64,000 bases of DNA from Dehalococcoidia bacterium (GTDB taxonomy: Bacteria > Chloroflexota > Dehalococcoidia > UBA2979): positions 160,001 to 224,000 of the forward strand of contig OZ244720.1 in assembly GCA_965219085.1 (NCBI GenBank), written 5' to 3'. The notes beneath the pieces were generated by a model. That model was given only the letters and a program-made list of their open reading frames with translations. It was not told the origin of the DNA and did not search any database. This document shows positions 18,922 through 28,893 of the stretch, piece by piece. The translations under genes were made by a program, and so were the position numbers. Numbering within the stretch: the first letter of the stretch is position 1; every line of letters begins with the position of its first letter.

Positions 18922-20862
18922 CTAGCGCTCCAGTACGTCCGTGCCGAGGACCGCGATGGCGATGATCGCGATCACGACGCCTGCGAGGAAGAGTGAGGTG
19001 TAGCCCTGCACGTAGCCGGCCTCGACGCGTCGCATCGCGTCGCCCGCTCGCCGCACGCTCTCGGCGAACTGGTCCACGGCGAAGTCGATGATGTAGGTGT
19101 CGACGAGCTGCGCGGCGCGCTGGATCACGCCGTTCAGGATCCAGCGCACGATCAGCGTCTCGGCGACGAAGTCGAGGTAGTACTTCGCCTCGACGACCTT
19201 CGGCAGCGGGCCGAGCCGCGCGCGGATCTCGGAGGCGGCGGGCCGGCCGTAGTGATAGATCGCGCCTGCGACGCCGATGCCGCCGAGGGCGAACACCAGC
19301 GAGACCGCGACGATGCCGCCGGAGATGTCAGCCGCGCCGTGCCGGAGTTCCGCGGGCAGCGCGCCCTCGACGAGGTGCGAGAAGCCGCCGCCGATGTTGA
19401 AGAAGCCCGCGATCACGGCTGGCACGGCGAGGATCAGCAGCGGCAGCGCCATCGAACGAGGCGACTCGTGCGGCTCCCCGTGGATCTCGGCGTTAGCGTC
19501 CTCGGGCTCCCCGCCACCCTGGTACTGGCCCCAGAAGGTCAGGAAGATCGCCCGGAACATGTAGAGCGCGGTCATGCCCGCAACGAGCGCCCCGACCACG
19601 AACAGCGCCTTCTCGTGGTTCCACGCGTCGAGCAGGATCTCGTCCTTGCTCCAGAAGCCGGCGAGCGGGAACACCCCGGCCAGCGACAGCGAGCCGATCA
19701 CGAACGTCCAGTACGTGATCGGCATGTAGTTGCGCAGCCCGCCCATACGGCGCATGTCGAAGGTGCCGGTCGCGTGGTTGACGGAGCCGGCGCCGAGGAA
19801 CAGCAGTGCCTTGAAGAACGCGTGCGTGAACAGGTGGAAGATCGCCGCCGCGAACCCGAACACGCCAAGCGCGAGCACCATGTAGCCGATCTGCGAGATC
19901 GTCGAGTACGCGAGCACGCGCTTGATGTCGGTCTGCACGAGGCCGAGCGAGGCGGCCAGCAGCGCCGTGAACCCGCCCGTGTACGCGACGAGGTCGAGCA
20001 CCTGCGCCGGCGCCGACTCGAAGCTCGGGAAGAAGCGCGCGATCAGGTACACGCCGGCGACAACCATCGTCGCGGCGTGGATGAGCGCCGAGACGGGGGT
20101 GGGGCCCTCCATCGCGTCGGGCAGCCAGATATGCAGCGGGAACTGCGCGGACTTGCCGACCGCGCCGGAGAACAGGCCGAGCGTGAAGCCGGTCAGCACC
20201 GCGCTGCCGATCATGCCGTGGATGGCGAGGTCGTTGATCTCGGCGATGCCCAGCACGCCGGTCTTCGACCAGATCAGCAGCACCGCGAGCAGGAACGCGA
20301 AGTCGCCGAACCTGGTGACGATGAACGCCTTCTTCGCCGCCGCCGCCGCCGACGGCCGGTCGAACCAGAACCCGATCAGCAGGTACGAGGCGAGACCGAC
20401 GAGCTCCCAGTGCACGAACAGCTGGAGCAGGTTCGAGGCGAGCACGAGCCCGAGCATCGCCGCCGTGAACAGCGACATCGACGCGAAGTAGCGCGCGTAT
20501 CCGCGGTCGCCCTCCATGTAGCCGACCGAGTAGATCTGGATGAGTAGCGAGACGCTCGTGACGACGAAGACCATGATGCCGGCCAGGCCGTCGATGTGGA
20601 CGCCGACCGTGACATCGAGGTCGAACAGCGTCACCCACATGTGGGGCGCGAACCCAAGCGACTCGCCATCGTGGCCGATGGCGCTGTCTAGCGCCCACAG
20701 CGAGGCGAGCCACGCGATGCCGATCGCCGCGATGGTGATGCGGCCGGCCCACTCGTCCTGGAACCACGGCGCGCGGTGCAGCGCCACGATCAGCACGAAC
20801 GAGATCACCGGGGCGAAGTAGATCGCCCAGACGGCGGCTTCCGGGATCGTGCCGAGGATCAT
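18922..20862 (-). CDS. nuoL: NADH-quinone oxidoreductase subunit L
   Basis: WELVG, GKSAQFPLHIWLPDAMEGPTPVSALIHAATMV, HAFFKALLFL, GFWSKDEI. Confidence 0.96.
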   Translation of the reverse strand: MILGTIPEAAVWAIYFAPVISFVLIVALHRAPWFQDEWAGRITIAAIGIAWLASLWALDSAIGHDGESLGFAPHMWVTLFDLDVTVGVHIDGLAGIMVFVVTSVSLLIQIYSVGYMEGDRGYARYFASMSLFTAAMLGLVLASNLLQLFVHWELVGLASYLLIGFWFDRPSAAAAAKKAFIVTRFGDFAFLLAVLLIWSKTGVLGIAEINDLAIHGMIGSAVLTGFTLGLFSGAVGKSAQFPLHIWLPDAMEGPTPVSALIHAATMVVAGVYLIARFFPSFESAPAQVLDLVAYTGGFTALLAASLGLVQTDIKRVLAYSTISQIGYMVLALGVFGFAAAIFHLFTHAFFKALLFLGAGSVNHATGTFDMRRMGGLRNYMPITYWTFVIGSLSLAGVFPLAGFWSKDEILLDAWNHEKALFVVGALVAGMTALYMFRAIFLTFWGQYQGGGEPEDANAEIHGEPHESPRSMALPLLILAVPAVIAGFFNIGGGFSHLVEGALPAELRHGAADISGGIVAVSLVFALGGIGVAGAIYHYGRPAASEIRARLGPLPKVVEAKYYLDFVAETLIVRWILNGVIQRAAQLVDTYIIDFAVDQFAESVRRAGDAMRRVEAGYVQGYTSLFLAGVVIAIIAIAVLGTDVLER

Positions 20863-20896
20863 GCGGCCTCACTCGCGTGCATGCGCATCCGGCGGC

Positions 20897-21085
20897 TCAA
20901 ATCTTGTTCAGCACTTCGCGCGCCACGTGGGTCTTGCCGTCGGGCACCCACAGCTCGCGCGGGTCCGACATCGCGCCGATCTCGAGGGGCGGGACGATGC
21001 GCACCGAGACGGCCTCGGTCATGAACAGCTCCCACCACGTCGAGGCGGCGTAGCCGTCGGGCACATCCATGAACTTCACCCACAT
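20897..21085 (-). CDS. Small protein, DUF2007-like, between nuoK and nuoL
   Basis: 62 aa, MWVKFMDVPDGYAASTWWELFMTEAVSVRI...ELWVPDGKTHVAREVL. Co-oriented and fills the intergenic gap. Confidence 0.7.
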   Translation of the reverse strand: MWVKFMDVPDGYAASTWWELFMTEAVSVRIVPPLEIGAMSDPRELWVPDGKTHVAREVLNKI

Positions 21086-21098
21086 CGTGCGCGACCCC

Positions 21099-21425
21099 CT
21101 ACCACCGCAGCAGGTTGATGCGATCGAGGTCTACGGTCTCGCGGCGACGGTAGATCAGCACCGACAGCGCCAGCGCCACGGCCGCCTCGGCCGCCGCGAC
21201 GGTGAGCACGAACACCACGAAGACGTGCCCGTCCAGCGGCTCGTCCTTCACGGCGAACGCGGCCGAGAAGCGCGAGAACGACAGGAACGAGAGGTTGACC
21301 GCGTTCAGCATCAACTCGATGCCCATCAGCACCGCGATCGCGTTGCGCTTCGCCAGCGCGATGGCGATGCCGACGCCGAAGAGCAGGCCGGAAACGGTCA
21401 GGTAGTGCACCAGGTCGACGCTCAT
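21099..21425 (-). CDS. nuoK: NADH-quinone oxidoreductase subunit K
   Basis: LMGIELMLNAVN, VAAAEAAVALA. Confidence 0.95.
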   Translation of the reverse strand: MSVDLVHYLTVSGLLFGVGIAIALAKRNAIAVLMGIELMLNAVNLSFLSFSRFSAAFAVKDEPLDGHVFVVFVLTVAAAEAAVALALSVLIYRRRETVDLDRINLLRW

Positions 21426-21937
21426 GCGGGCTCATCCTCCCGCACGAGCACGATCGCGCCGATCAGTGCCGCCAGCAGCAGCACCGAGGCGACCTCGAAC
21501 GCCAGCACGTAGCGCCCGACGAGCGCGTCGCCGATGACGTCGGCGGTGGTCGCGAAGTCGCGCTCGGCCAACAGGCGGCCGGAGAGCGCGTTCCACTCGA
21601 CGTCGGCGGCGACGAACGCGACCGTCACGGCCACGGCAGCGCCGATCGCCAGGCCGGGCACGAGGAAGAGGCCATTGCCGTTGTTGCGTGCGGAGAGGGG
21701 CGCGAGCATGACCGCAAAGATGATGAGCACGGGGATGCCGCCTGCGTGGATCAGGATCTGCGCGACGGCGATGAAGTCGGCCGACAGCGTCACGAACAGC
21801 CCGGCCGTCGCCAGCAAGGAGAGCACGAGGAAGGCGAGCGCCCGGATCAGGTCGCTCGCGAGGAACACACCGATCGCCCCGCCGACCGCGATCGCGGAGA
21901 GCAGGTAGAAGGCGACGATGATGCCCAGCGAGTCCAT
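21422..21937 (-). CDS. nuoJ: NADH-quinone oxidoreductase subunit J
   Basis: ADFIAVAQILIHAGGI, FEVASVLLLAALIGAIVL. Confidence 0.93.
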   Translation of the reverse strand: MDSLGIIVAFYLLSAIAVGGAIGVFLASDLIRALAFLVLSLLATAGLFVTLSADFIAVAQILIHAGGIPVLIIFAVMLAPLSARNNGNGLFLVPGLAIGAAVAVTVAFVAADVEWNALSGRLLAERDFATTADVIGDALVGRYVLAFEVASVLLLAALIGAIVLVREDEPA

Positions 21938-23359
21938 CTAGGTCGCGGTCCCCATCCGTTCGGCTGCCTGGATGCCACCGACCTCCTGCGTCAGCTCGGC
22001 GCGGCGTGGTCCGCCCGCGTCGGGCTGGTAGCCGATGCGGCGCGCCCAGTCGCGGAACAGCACGATCGCCGCGCCCCAGTTCACCACCGTGAAGAGCCCG
22101 AGGCTGAGCAGCCCCGGCGCGTCCCAGCGCGCCAGCAGCGACGTCTCGACGGCGACGATGAGCAGGTTGAACAGCGAGAGTGGGATGAGGTACTGCCACG
22201 CGAAGCGCATCAGCTGGTCCAGGCGGAAGCGCGGCAGCGTGCCTCGCAGCCACACGAGCACGAAGTACGCGGCCGAGAGCTTGCCGAAGAGGATGAGGTA
22301 GCCGGGGATCCACTCCTCGAGGCCGAACAGCGACCACCCGCCGAGGAAGAACGTCGCGACGAGCGTCGACACGAGCAGTGCGTTGCCGAGCTCGACGGCG
22401 TAGAACAGCCCGAACTTCATCCCCGAGTACTCGGTGTGGAACCCCGCGACGATCTCGGACTCGGCCTCTGCAATGTCGTTGGGCGTGCGGTTCAACTCGG
22501 CGGTCGAGGAGAAGAAGTAGGTCAGCACCGCAATCGGCAGCAGCGCCGCGAGCCACAGGTTGTGGTCGGCCTGCCACTGCACGATCTCGGAGAGCTGCAT
22601 CGAGCCGGTGATGAGCACGACCGACAGGAGCGCGATCGAGAGCGGGATCTCGTAGGAGATCATCATCGCCACGGTCCGCATCGAGCCGAGCAGTGCGTAG
22701 TGGTTGTTGGACGACCACCCCGCGAGGAATACGGCGAGCGTCGTCAGCGAGCTGACGGCGATGAGGTAGAGCACCCCGACGTTGATATCGAGGTAGGCCA
22801 TGTTCGGGGCCCACGGCACCGGTCCCCACGCCGTCATCATCGGGATGAAGATGATCGCCGGTGGGAGCAGGAAGAGGATGCGATCGGCCCCATCGGGCAT
22901 CAGCACCTCCTTCTGGATGAGCTTGATGGCGTCGGCGACCGGCTGCAGCAGCCCGTACGGCCCGACGCGGTTCGGGCCGCGGCGAATCTGCATGCGCCCG
23001 ATGAGCCGCCGCTCGACCCAGATCAGCACCAGCAACATGCCGCCGATGAACGACAGGATGCCGATCGCGCCGATCAGCGCGCCGGCGGCGTACGACATCC
23101 AGTGCTGGCCGACGATGTCGTCGAGGAACGTCGGCTGCCTCGCGTTGATGGTGTCGAGCTGCACGCGCAGCTCCTCGACGGCGATGCCGAGGTCGCGGAT
23201 GTCGTACCACTGGCCGTCGAGGCGGCCGTCGATGACCACGTAGCCGATCGCGGCGTTCGCGGCGAGGAACCCGAGCGCAAAGACGGCGCCCACGATCATC
23301 AGCAGCAGCGGAACCCGCCGCGCCGGTCGCCTGCGGCCTTGCCGCAGGGTTGCGCTCAT
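21938..23359 (-). CDS. nuoH: NADH-quinone oxidoreductase subunit H with N- and C-terminal extensions
   Basis: ERR...[50 protein letters not shown]; 473 aa. Confidence 0.94.
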   Translation of the reverse strand: MSATLRQGRRRPARRVPLLLMIVGAVFALGFLAANAAIGYVVIDGRLDGQWYDIRDLGIAVEELRVQLDTINARQPTFLDDIVGQHWMSYAAGALIGAIGILSFIGGMLLVLIWVERRLIGRMQIRRGPNRVGPYGLLQPVADAIKLIQKEVLMPDGADRILFLLPPAIIFIPMMTAWGPVPWAPNMAYLDINVGVLYLIAVSSLTTLAVFLAGWSSNNHYALLGSMRTVAMMISYEIPLSIALLSVVLITGSMQLSEIVQWQADHNLWLAALLPIAVLTYFFSSTAELNRTPNDIAEAESEIVAGFHTEYSGMKFGLFYAVELGNALLVSTLVATFFLGGWSLFGLEEWIPGYLILFGKLSAAYFVLVWLRGTLPRFRLDQLMRFAWQYLIPLSLFNLLIVAVETSLLARWDAPGLLSLGLFTVVNWGAAIVLFRDWARRIGYQPDAGGPRRAELTQEVGGIQAAERMGTAT

Positions 23360-24459
23360 CGGTCGATCTCCCCGACCACGATGTCGACGGAGCCGAGCGC
23401 GACGATGGCGTCCGGCAGCGACGCGCCGATGGCCATCTCACGCAGCAGCGAGAGGTTGATCAGCGAGGGCGCGCGGATGTGGAAGCGGAACGGAGCCGAG
23501 CCGCCGTCAGACACCACGTAGAAGCCGAGCTCGCCGCGCGGGCCCTCGACGCGCCCGTAGGCCTCGCCGGGCTCGGGCCGCAGCGCGAGCGGGGTCTCGG
23601 TCTTGTGCGGCCCCGCGGGCAGGGCGTCGAGCGCCTGGCGGATGATGCTCGTCGACTGGCGCACCTCCTCGAGGCGCACGAGGAAGCGGTCGTAGGCATC
23701 GCCGTTGCGGCCGACGGGGATGTCGAAATCCATGCGGTCGTAGACGCAGTACGGCTCCGCCTTCCGGAGGTCCCACGGCACGCCCGAGCCGCGCAGCATC
23801 GGCCCGGCGAGCGAGCCGTTGATGGCGTCCTCAGCGGTGATCACGCCGACGCCGCGGCTGCGCGCGAGCAGGATCTCGTTGTCGATCAGCAACTCGGCGT
23901 ATTCGCCGATGCGCTCCGGCATCTCGTCGATGAGCGAGTTGATGGCGGGGAAGAACTCCGGCGGCGGGTCGAACGCGACGCCGCCGATGCGCATGTAGTT
24001 CGTCGTCAGCCGCGCGCCGCCGGTCATCTCGAACAGGTCGAGGATGCGTTCGCGCTCGCGGAACATGTACATGAGCGGCGTCTGCCACGCGCCGGCGTCG
24101 TTGACGAACGTGCCGTTCGCCATCGAGTGGCTGGCGATGCGCTGTAGCTCGGCGAAGATCACGCGCAGGTACGACGCTCGCTCCGGCACCTCCACGCCCG
24201 CGAGGCGCTCCACGGCGAGGCAGTAGCCGAGGTTGCCGCTCATCGCGGCGAGGTAGTCGGCGCGGTCGGTGAACGGGATGTTCTGGGTGTAGGTGCGCTC
24301 CTCGGCCAGCTTCTCCATCGAGCGGTGGAGGTAGCCGACGACCATGTCCATGTCCTGGATGCGCTCGCCGTCCATGACGACGCGCAGGCGGAAGACACCG
24401 TGTGTCGAGGGGTGCTGTGGCCCGATGTTGAGGATGTATGGCTCGGTGGCGGTGGTCAT
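23356..24459 (-). CDS. nuoD: NADH-quinone oxidoreductase subunit D
   Basis: [46 protein letters not shown]. No NiFe-binding CxxC motifs. Confidence 0.95.
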   Translation of the reverse strand: MTTATEPYILNIGPQHPSTHGVFRLRVVMDGERIQDMDMVVGYLHRSMEKLAEERTYTQNIPFTDRADYLAAMSGNLGYCLAVERLAGVEVPERASYLRVIFAELQRIASHSMANGTFVNDAGAWQTPLMYMFRERERILDLFEMTGGARLTTNYMRIGGVAFDPPPEFFPAINSLIDEMPERIGEYAELLIDNEILLARSRGVGVITAEDAINGSLAGPMLRGSGVPWDLRKAEPYCVYDRMDFDIPVGRNGDAYDRFLVRLEEVRQSTSIIRQALDALPAGPHKTETPLALRPEPGEAYGRVEGPRGELGFYVVSDGGSAPFRFHIRAPSLINLSLLREMAIGASLPDAIVALGSVDIVVGEIDR

Positions 24460-24971
24460 CGCGCCTGCACCCCCGGCTCCTCGAACGGGAACTTGGGCAG
24501 ACCGGGGTGGTGGTCGGGAATCTGGAGGAAGTCCTTGCGCAGCGGGAAGCCCGGATAACCCTCCCACAGGAACATGCGACGCAGGTCCGGGTGCCCCTCG
24601 AAGCGGATGCCCATCAGGTCGTAGACCTCGCGCTCCTGCAGCAGCGCGCCCTTGTAGACGGGGTACGCGCTCGGGAGCGCCGGCTCCTCGTGGTCGCCGA
24701 CCACGGCCTTGATCACGATCTGGTGGTTCCGGTCCATCGACTGCAGGTGGTAGACGACCTCGAAGCGGTCGTGTCGGTCGACGGCGCAGAGGTTGGAGAG
24801 TTGCCTGGCGTCGAACTCGGCGTCGTCGTGGAGCCAGCGCAGCACCTCGAGGACGCGCTGCGGCTCGACCTCGACCCACTCGGCCGTGGCGCTCGCGACT
24901 ACGCCGGGGAGCGCGCCCGAAAGCGCCGAGGCGACGGTGTCGCCGGTCAGCTGGCGCGGTCCGGCCGGCAC
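24456..24971 (-). CDS. nuoC: NADH-quinone oxidoreductase subunit C
   Basis: FEVVYHL, EREVYDLMGIRFEGHPDLRR, GFPLRKDF. GTG start 1 nt after the nuoA stop. Confidence 0.93.
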   Translation of the reverse strand: MPAGPRQLTGDTVASALSGALPGVVASATAEWVEVEPQRVLEVLRWLHDDAEFDARQLSNLCAVDRHDRFEVVYHLQSMDRNHQIVIKAVVGDHEEPALPSAYPVYKGALLQEREVYDLMGIRFEGHPDLRRMFLWEGYPGFPLRKDFLQIPDHHPGLPKFPFEEPGVQAR

Positions 24972-24972
24972 T

Positions 24973-25347
24973 TTAGCGCCAGTCCAGCGCGCGGCGGCGC
25001 CACGCATAGGCGAGCCCGAAGGCGAGCACGCCGACGAAGATGCCCGCCTTGAACAGCGCGTCGGTGTTGAGGTTCAGGTGCTCGACGGCCCACGGGTAGA
25101 GGAAGACGACCTCGACGTCGAAGATGACGAAGCCGAGCGCGAAGGGGTAGTAGCGGGCGTTGAACTGGCCCCAGGCATTGCCCTCGGCCTCGACGCCGCA
25201 CTCGTAGGTGGCGCTCTTGACGGGGTCGGGGTTCTCCGGCCGCAGCTTGAGCATGTAGAAGGCGTACGAAGCGACGAGCGGAATCGCGGGGAAGACGATG
25301 CCGAACAGGACGAGTACGCCGACGCGGCCGTACAGCTCAGGAATCAC
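24973..25347 (-). CDS. nuoA: NADH-quinone oxidoreductase subunit A
   Basis: KSATYECG, FVIFDVEVVFLYPWA, YAWRRRALDW. Confidence 0.95.
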   Translation of the reverse strand: MIPELYGRVGVLVLFGIVFPAIPLVASYAFYMLKLRPENPDPVKSATYECGVEAEGNAWGQFNARYYPFALGFVIFDVEVVFLYPWAVEHLNLNTDALFKAGIFVGVLAFGLAYAWRRRALDWR

Positions 25348-25535
25348 CCGGTGAGCTCCTCAGCATCCGTCGAGGCGGCCCGCCGCGCTTGCGGCCCAGC
25401 GTCGCGCCTCTGCGTGGGCGATGCGAGCGTACGCCACCGCCGGGCCCGATCGAGCCGGAATGTAGCACGGGCCTATACCCCGGACAATGCAACCAGCGCT
25501 GTGCCGGAGCTGGGACCGGTCGCGGGCCGCTGGCG

Positions 25536-25727
25536 TCACCCCAGCCGCGAGCGTCGCCACCGCCACAGCAGCACGCCGCCGAGGAGCATGAGCGCACTCA
25601 GCCCCGCGTCATCGAGCTCCGCGCGCACGAACGCTGCGATCACCGCGACGATCCCCACGAACACCAGGGCCACACCGAGCGTGAGCAGGAAATCGCGCTG
25701 GCGCCGACTCGGCCCGGGCTCGCTCAT
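25536..25727 (-). CDS. Small two-helix membrane protein
   Basis: MSEPGPSRRQRDFLLTLGVALVFVGIVAVIAAF...; ATG overlaps the upstream GNAT stop. Confidence 0.6.
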   Translation of the reverse strand: MSEPGPSRRQRDFLLTLGVALVFVGIVAVIAAFVRAELDDAGLSALMLLGGVLLWRWRRSRLG

Positions 25728-26305
25728 GCGCCTCGCTCCGCCTCGCCGTTGCGTTCCGCCTCGAGCCACTCGTCGAGCTCCTCGCGCGAGATCTCCATGC
25801 GCTCGAACTGGTACCCGTCGCGTCGCACCTGGCGGGTGCGGCGGAACCCGGCGTTCTCGAACGCGCGCTGCGCCCGGATGTTGGACGTGAGCGTGTGGAG
25901 GTACATGCGCCGCAACTCCATCTCCTCGAACGCGTACCCGAGGAGCGTGCGCACGGCGTCGGTGCCGTACCCCCGGGCCCAGTAGGCGCGGACGCCGATC
26001 GTGATCCCGAGCTCCGCCTCGCGCAGCAGTGAGTCGTAGCCGTAGTACATGACGTTGCCGATGTGCGTCCCGCCCTCGATCTCCTCGATGGCGTACGTGC
26101 GGCGGTACTTCGAGGGACGGCGGAGTTCCTCCGACATCGTCTTCAGGAAGGTCTTGTAGCTCATCGTGATCGGGCGTGTGGCGTCGTAGGCGGCGAGCTC
26201 GATGTCCCTGCGCCACTCGTAGTCGCGCGGTGCGTCCTCCGCCTGCTTCTCGCGCAGCCGCACGAGCCGCCCCACGGCCACCACCCGCGGCGCCGTCGCC
26301 GTCAT
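25724..26305 (-). CDS. GNAT (RimJ/RimL-like) N-acetyltransferase
   Basis: HIGNV, AELGITIG...YWARGYGTDA, NIRAQRAFENAGF. Confidence 0.9.
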   Translation of the reverse strand: MTATAPRVVAVGRLVRLREKQAEDAPRDYEWRRDIELAAYDATRPITMSYKTFLKTMSEELRRPSKYRRTYAIEEIEGGTHIGNVMYYGYDSLLREAELGITIGVRAYWARGYGTDAVRTLLGYAFEEMELRRMYLHTLTSNIRAQRAFENAGFRRTRQVRRDGYQFERMEISREELDEWLEAERNGEAERGA

Positions 26306-26775
26306 GAGGCGGCCACGCCGTCCGTGAGCATCAGACCCGCCCGTTCGACGATGCCGCGCTCGTTCGAGTAGGTCATGCGCTTCGTGGCCTCGTGGATGTC
26401 GTACCAGTCCACGAGGTCGTGCTCCGCGTCGTGGTGCGCGACGTCTCCGCCGAGGGCTCGCATGAGGAAGTGGTGCACCTCCTTGCGCACGCGCGGGACA
26501 CCGTCCGAAGCACCACCGTAGCGGTAGCTGATCGAGCCGATCCGGCCGTCGTCGCCGTTGCCGGCGTCGATGATGACCTCTAGGCCGGTCTCCTCGGCGA
26601 CCTCGCGCAGTGCCGTCTCCTCGACGGACTCGCCCGCGTGCGGCTTGCCCTTCGGCAGCGCCCACAGCCCCTCATCGGTCCGGGCGACGAGCACGATCTC
26701 GATGTGGCCCTCGGCGCGCCGGTACACGACGCCGCCCGCGGCCCAGACGTGACGATGCGCCTTCCGCTTGCTCAC
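26302..26775 (-). CDS. NUDIX hydrolase
   Basis: AAGGVV, WALPKGKPHAGESVEETALREVAEETGL (Nudix box). Confidence 0.92.
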   Translation of the reverse strand: MSKRKAHRHVWAAGGVVYRRAEGHIEIVLVARTDEGLWALPKGKPHAGESVEETALREVAEETGLEVIIDAGNGDDGRIGSISYRYGGASDGVPRVRKEVHHFLMRALGGDVAHHDAEHDLVDWYDIHEATKRMTYSNERGIVERAGLMLTDGVAAS

Positions 26776-27821
26776 TGGAGCGCCTCCGCCTGGAAGTCGA
26801 CGGACATCATCTGCAGTTCCTCGATGGCGAGCTCGGCGGCCTCCGCGATGTATGGCTCGTCGCTCTCCAGCAGCCGCACGAGGATCGCCTCGGCCTCCTC
26901 GCCGCCGATCTCCCCCATCGCGCGGATCGCGGCGACCTGCACCTCCGGCTCCTGCTCCTCGTCCAGGAGCAGCGTGAGCGGCTGAATGGCCGCCTCGAGG
27001 AGCAGCTGACCGGCGGAGGTCGCCGCCACGGACCGCACTTCGTCATCCTCGTCCTCGAACGACTGGATCAGGATCGGCAGCCAGTCGTCGGAGCCGTGGC
27101 GGCCCATCGCCACCACCGACGCAACGCGCATGCGCGTGTTTCCGGTCTCGTACTGCTCCGCGATCAGCTCCGCGACCCACTCCTCAGAGGAGGCGCCCGC
27201 CGCCTCCAGGGCCACGCCGCGCACCTCGTCGTCCTCCGTCACGTCCTCGACGCGGTCGCGCAACGCCTCGGCGATGCGCTCGGCAAGCTCCGTCGGGACC
27301 ATGCCGAACTCGATACCGACCACGAACCCGCCGAGCCCGGCGGCCGCCTCGGCGCGGACAGCCCCGACCGGGTCGTCGGCGACGATGCCGCTGAGCAGCT
27401 CGGCGTACTCGAGGCGGTCGTGCTCGCGCAGGCCGTGCATCGCGAGGATGCGCGTCGCCACGTCCCCGTCGAGCAGGGCGGCGAGGTGGATGCGGTCGAA
27501 GTCGAGCGTGACGCTGTCCTCGACAAGCTGCTGCAGCGCGGCGAGCAGGTCGCGGCGGCGCTGCGCCGTGAGCTGCGGCAGCAGCGCCATCACCCGCCCA
27601 ACGACGCGGTCGTCGGGCGCGCTCAGCGCGGGCAGATCCGCGAAGGGCAGCCCGAACGCCTCGTCGGCGACAGCGTCGAGCACTTCGCCGGGAGGTGGCA
27701 AGCGGCGCGGCTCCTCGAGGCCGGGCGCCCCTGCTTCGAGGTCGCCCGCGGCGTCGTCGGGCAGTCCGCCGTTACCGCGTTCAGGCATATCAGCATCGCC
27801 GGTGTCTGAGGCGTGGGGCAT
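26772..27821 (-). CDS. HEAT-repeat protein
   Basis: Repeated VR-x-AA-xx-LG units (VRAEAAAGLG, MRVASVVAMG, VQVAAIRAMG). Start uncertain. Confidence 0.85.
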   Translation of the reverse strand: MPHASDTGDADMPERGNGGLPDDAAGDLEAGAPGLEEPRRLPPPGEVLDAVADEAFGLPFADLPALSAPDDRVVGRVMALLPQLTAQRRRDLLAALQQLVEDSVTLDFDRIHLAALLDGDVATRILAMHGLREHDRLEYAELLSGIVADDPVGAVRAEAAAGLGGFVVGIEFGMVPTELAERIAEALRDRVEDVTEDDEVRGVALEAAGASSEEWVAELIAEQYETGNTRMRVASVVAMGRHGSDDWLPILIQSFEDEDDEVRSVAATSAGQLLLEAAIQPLTLLLDEEQEPEVQVAAIRAMGEIGGEEAEAILVRLLESDEPYIAEAAELAIEELQMMSVDFQAEALQ

Positions 27822-27857
27822 CGGCGGTGAGTGTAGCAGGCGCGCCCCGAACGGCGA

Positions 27858-28886
27858 TCAGTCCCGCGCCTGCGAAGGGGTCGAGGAAAGCTCTGTCGTC
27901 GGGTCGCGCTCGAGCAGCGCCTCGGCCGCCTTGCGCGGCGGCACGCCGTGGTGGAGCACGCGGTCCAGCGCCTCGGCGATGGGCATCTCGACGCCGACGC
28001 GGGCGGCGAGGCGCAGCGCCGCGGGCGTCGTCGTGGCGCCCTCGGCGGTCTCGCCGATCTCGGCCAGCGCCTCGTCGAGCGAGCGGCCGCGCGCGAGCAG
28101 TTCGCCGAGGCGCCGGTTGCGTGACAGCGGGCTGTACGACGTGGCGATGAGGTCGCCGACGCCGGCCAGCCCCTGGAAGGTGAGCGGGTCGGCGCCGACC
28201 GCCACGCCGAGCCTCGAGATCTCGGCGAGCCCGCGCGTCATGATCGCGCCCTTCGCGTTGTCGCCGTAGCCGAAGCCGTCGACGAAGCCGGCGGCGATCG
28301 CGACGATGTTCTTGAGCGCCCCACCGAACTCGACGCCGACCACGTCGCGGCTCGTGTAGACGCGCAGCAGCGGGCCGTGGAACGCAGCGCGCAGCGCTTC
28401 GATCGGCGCGTCGCGCGAGGCGATCACGGTCGTGCCGGGCAGCCCCGACGCCACCTCGCGCGACAGGTTGGGGCCGGAGAGCGCGGCTGTCGGACGGCCG
28501 GGCAGGGCAGCGGCCAGCACCTCGGTCATGCGGCGGCCGGAGTCGTGCTCGATGCCCTTGGAGCCGCTCAGCACGATGGCGTCGGCGTCCACGGCGCCGG
28601 CGACCGCGCGGGCGTTCGCGGCCATCGTCTGAGAGGGCACGACGAAGCACACGAGTTGCGACCCGGCCAGACGCTTCGGGTCGGCGCTTGCCTCGAGTGC
28701 GGGCGGGAACGCGATATCCGGCAGCCGCCGACCGTTGCTTCGATCCGCCTCGAGCTGCGCCGCCTCGGCGGCGTCGCGCGCGAGCAGCGTGACGCGCACG
28801 CCGTTGCGGGCGAGCAACACCGCGAGTGTGGTCCCCCACGCGGTCGTCCCGACGACCGCTGCCGTCTCGATCGCGTCGCCGCTCAC
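27858..28886 (-). CDS. gpsA: NAD(P)H-dependent glycerol-3-phosphate dehydrogenase
   Basis: VVGTTAWGTTLA, SKGIE, LSGPNL, GGALKNIVAIAAG, GLAGVGDLIAT, SRN. Confidence 0.96.
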   Translation of the reverse strand: MSGDAIETAAVVGTTAWGTTLAVLLARNGVRVTLLARDAAEAAQLEADRSNGRRLPDIAFPPALEASADPKRLAGSQLVCFVVPSQTMAANARAVAGAVDADAIVLSGSKGIEHDSGRRMTEVLAAALPGRPTAALSGPNLSREVASGLPGTTVIASRDAPIEALRAAFHGPLLRVYTSRDVVGVEFGGALKNIVAIAAGFVDGFGYGDNAKGAIMTRGLAEISRLGVAVGADPLTFQGLAGVGDLIATSYSPLSRNRRLGELLARGRSLDEALAEIGETAEGATTTPAALRLAARVGVEMPIAEALDRVLHHGVPPRKAAEALLERDPTTELSSTPSQARD

Positions 28887-28893
28887 GGGCCTG

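Noticed and set aside
23356-24971. Group 4 NiFe-hydrogenase interpretation of nuoC/nuoD
   Set aside because: NuoD lacks both CxxC nickel-binding motifs and ends in GEIDR as in complex I.
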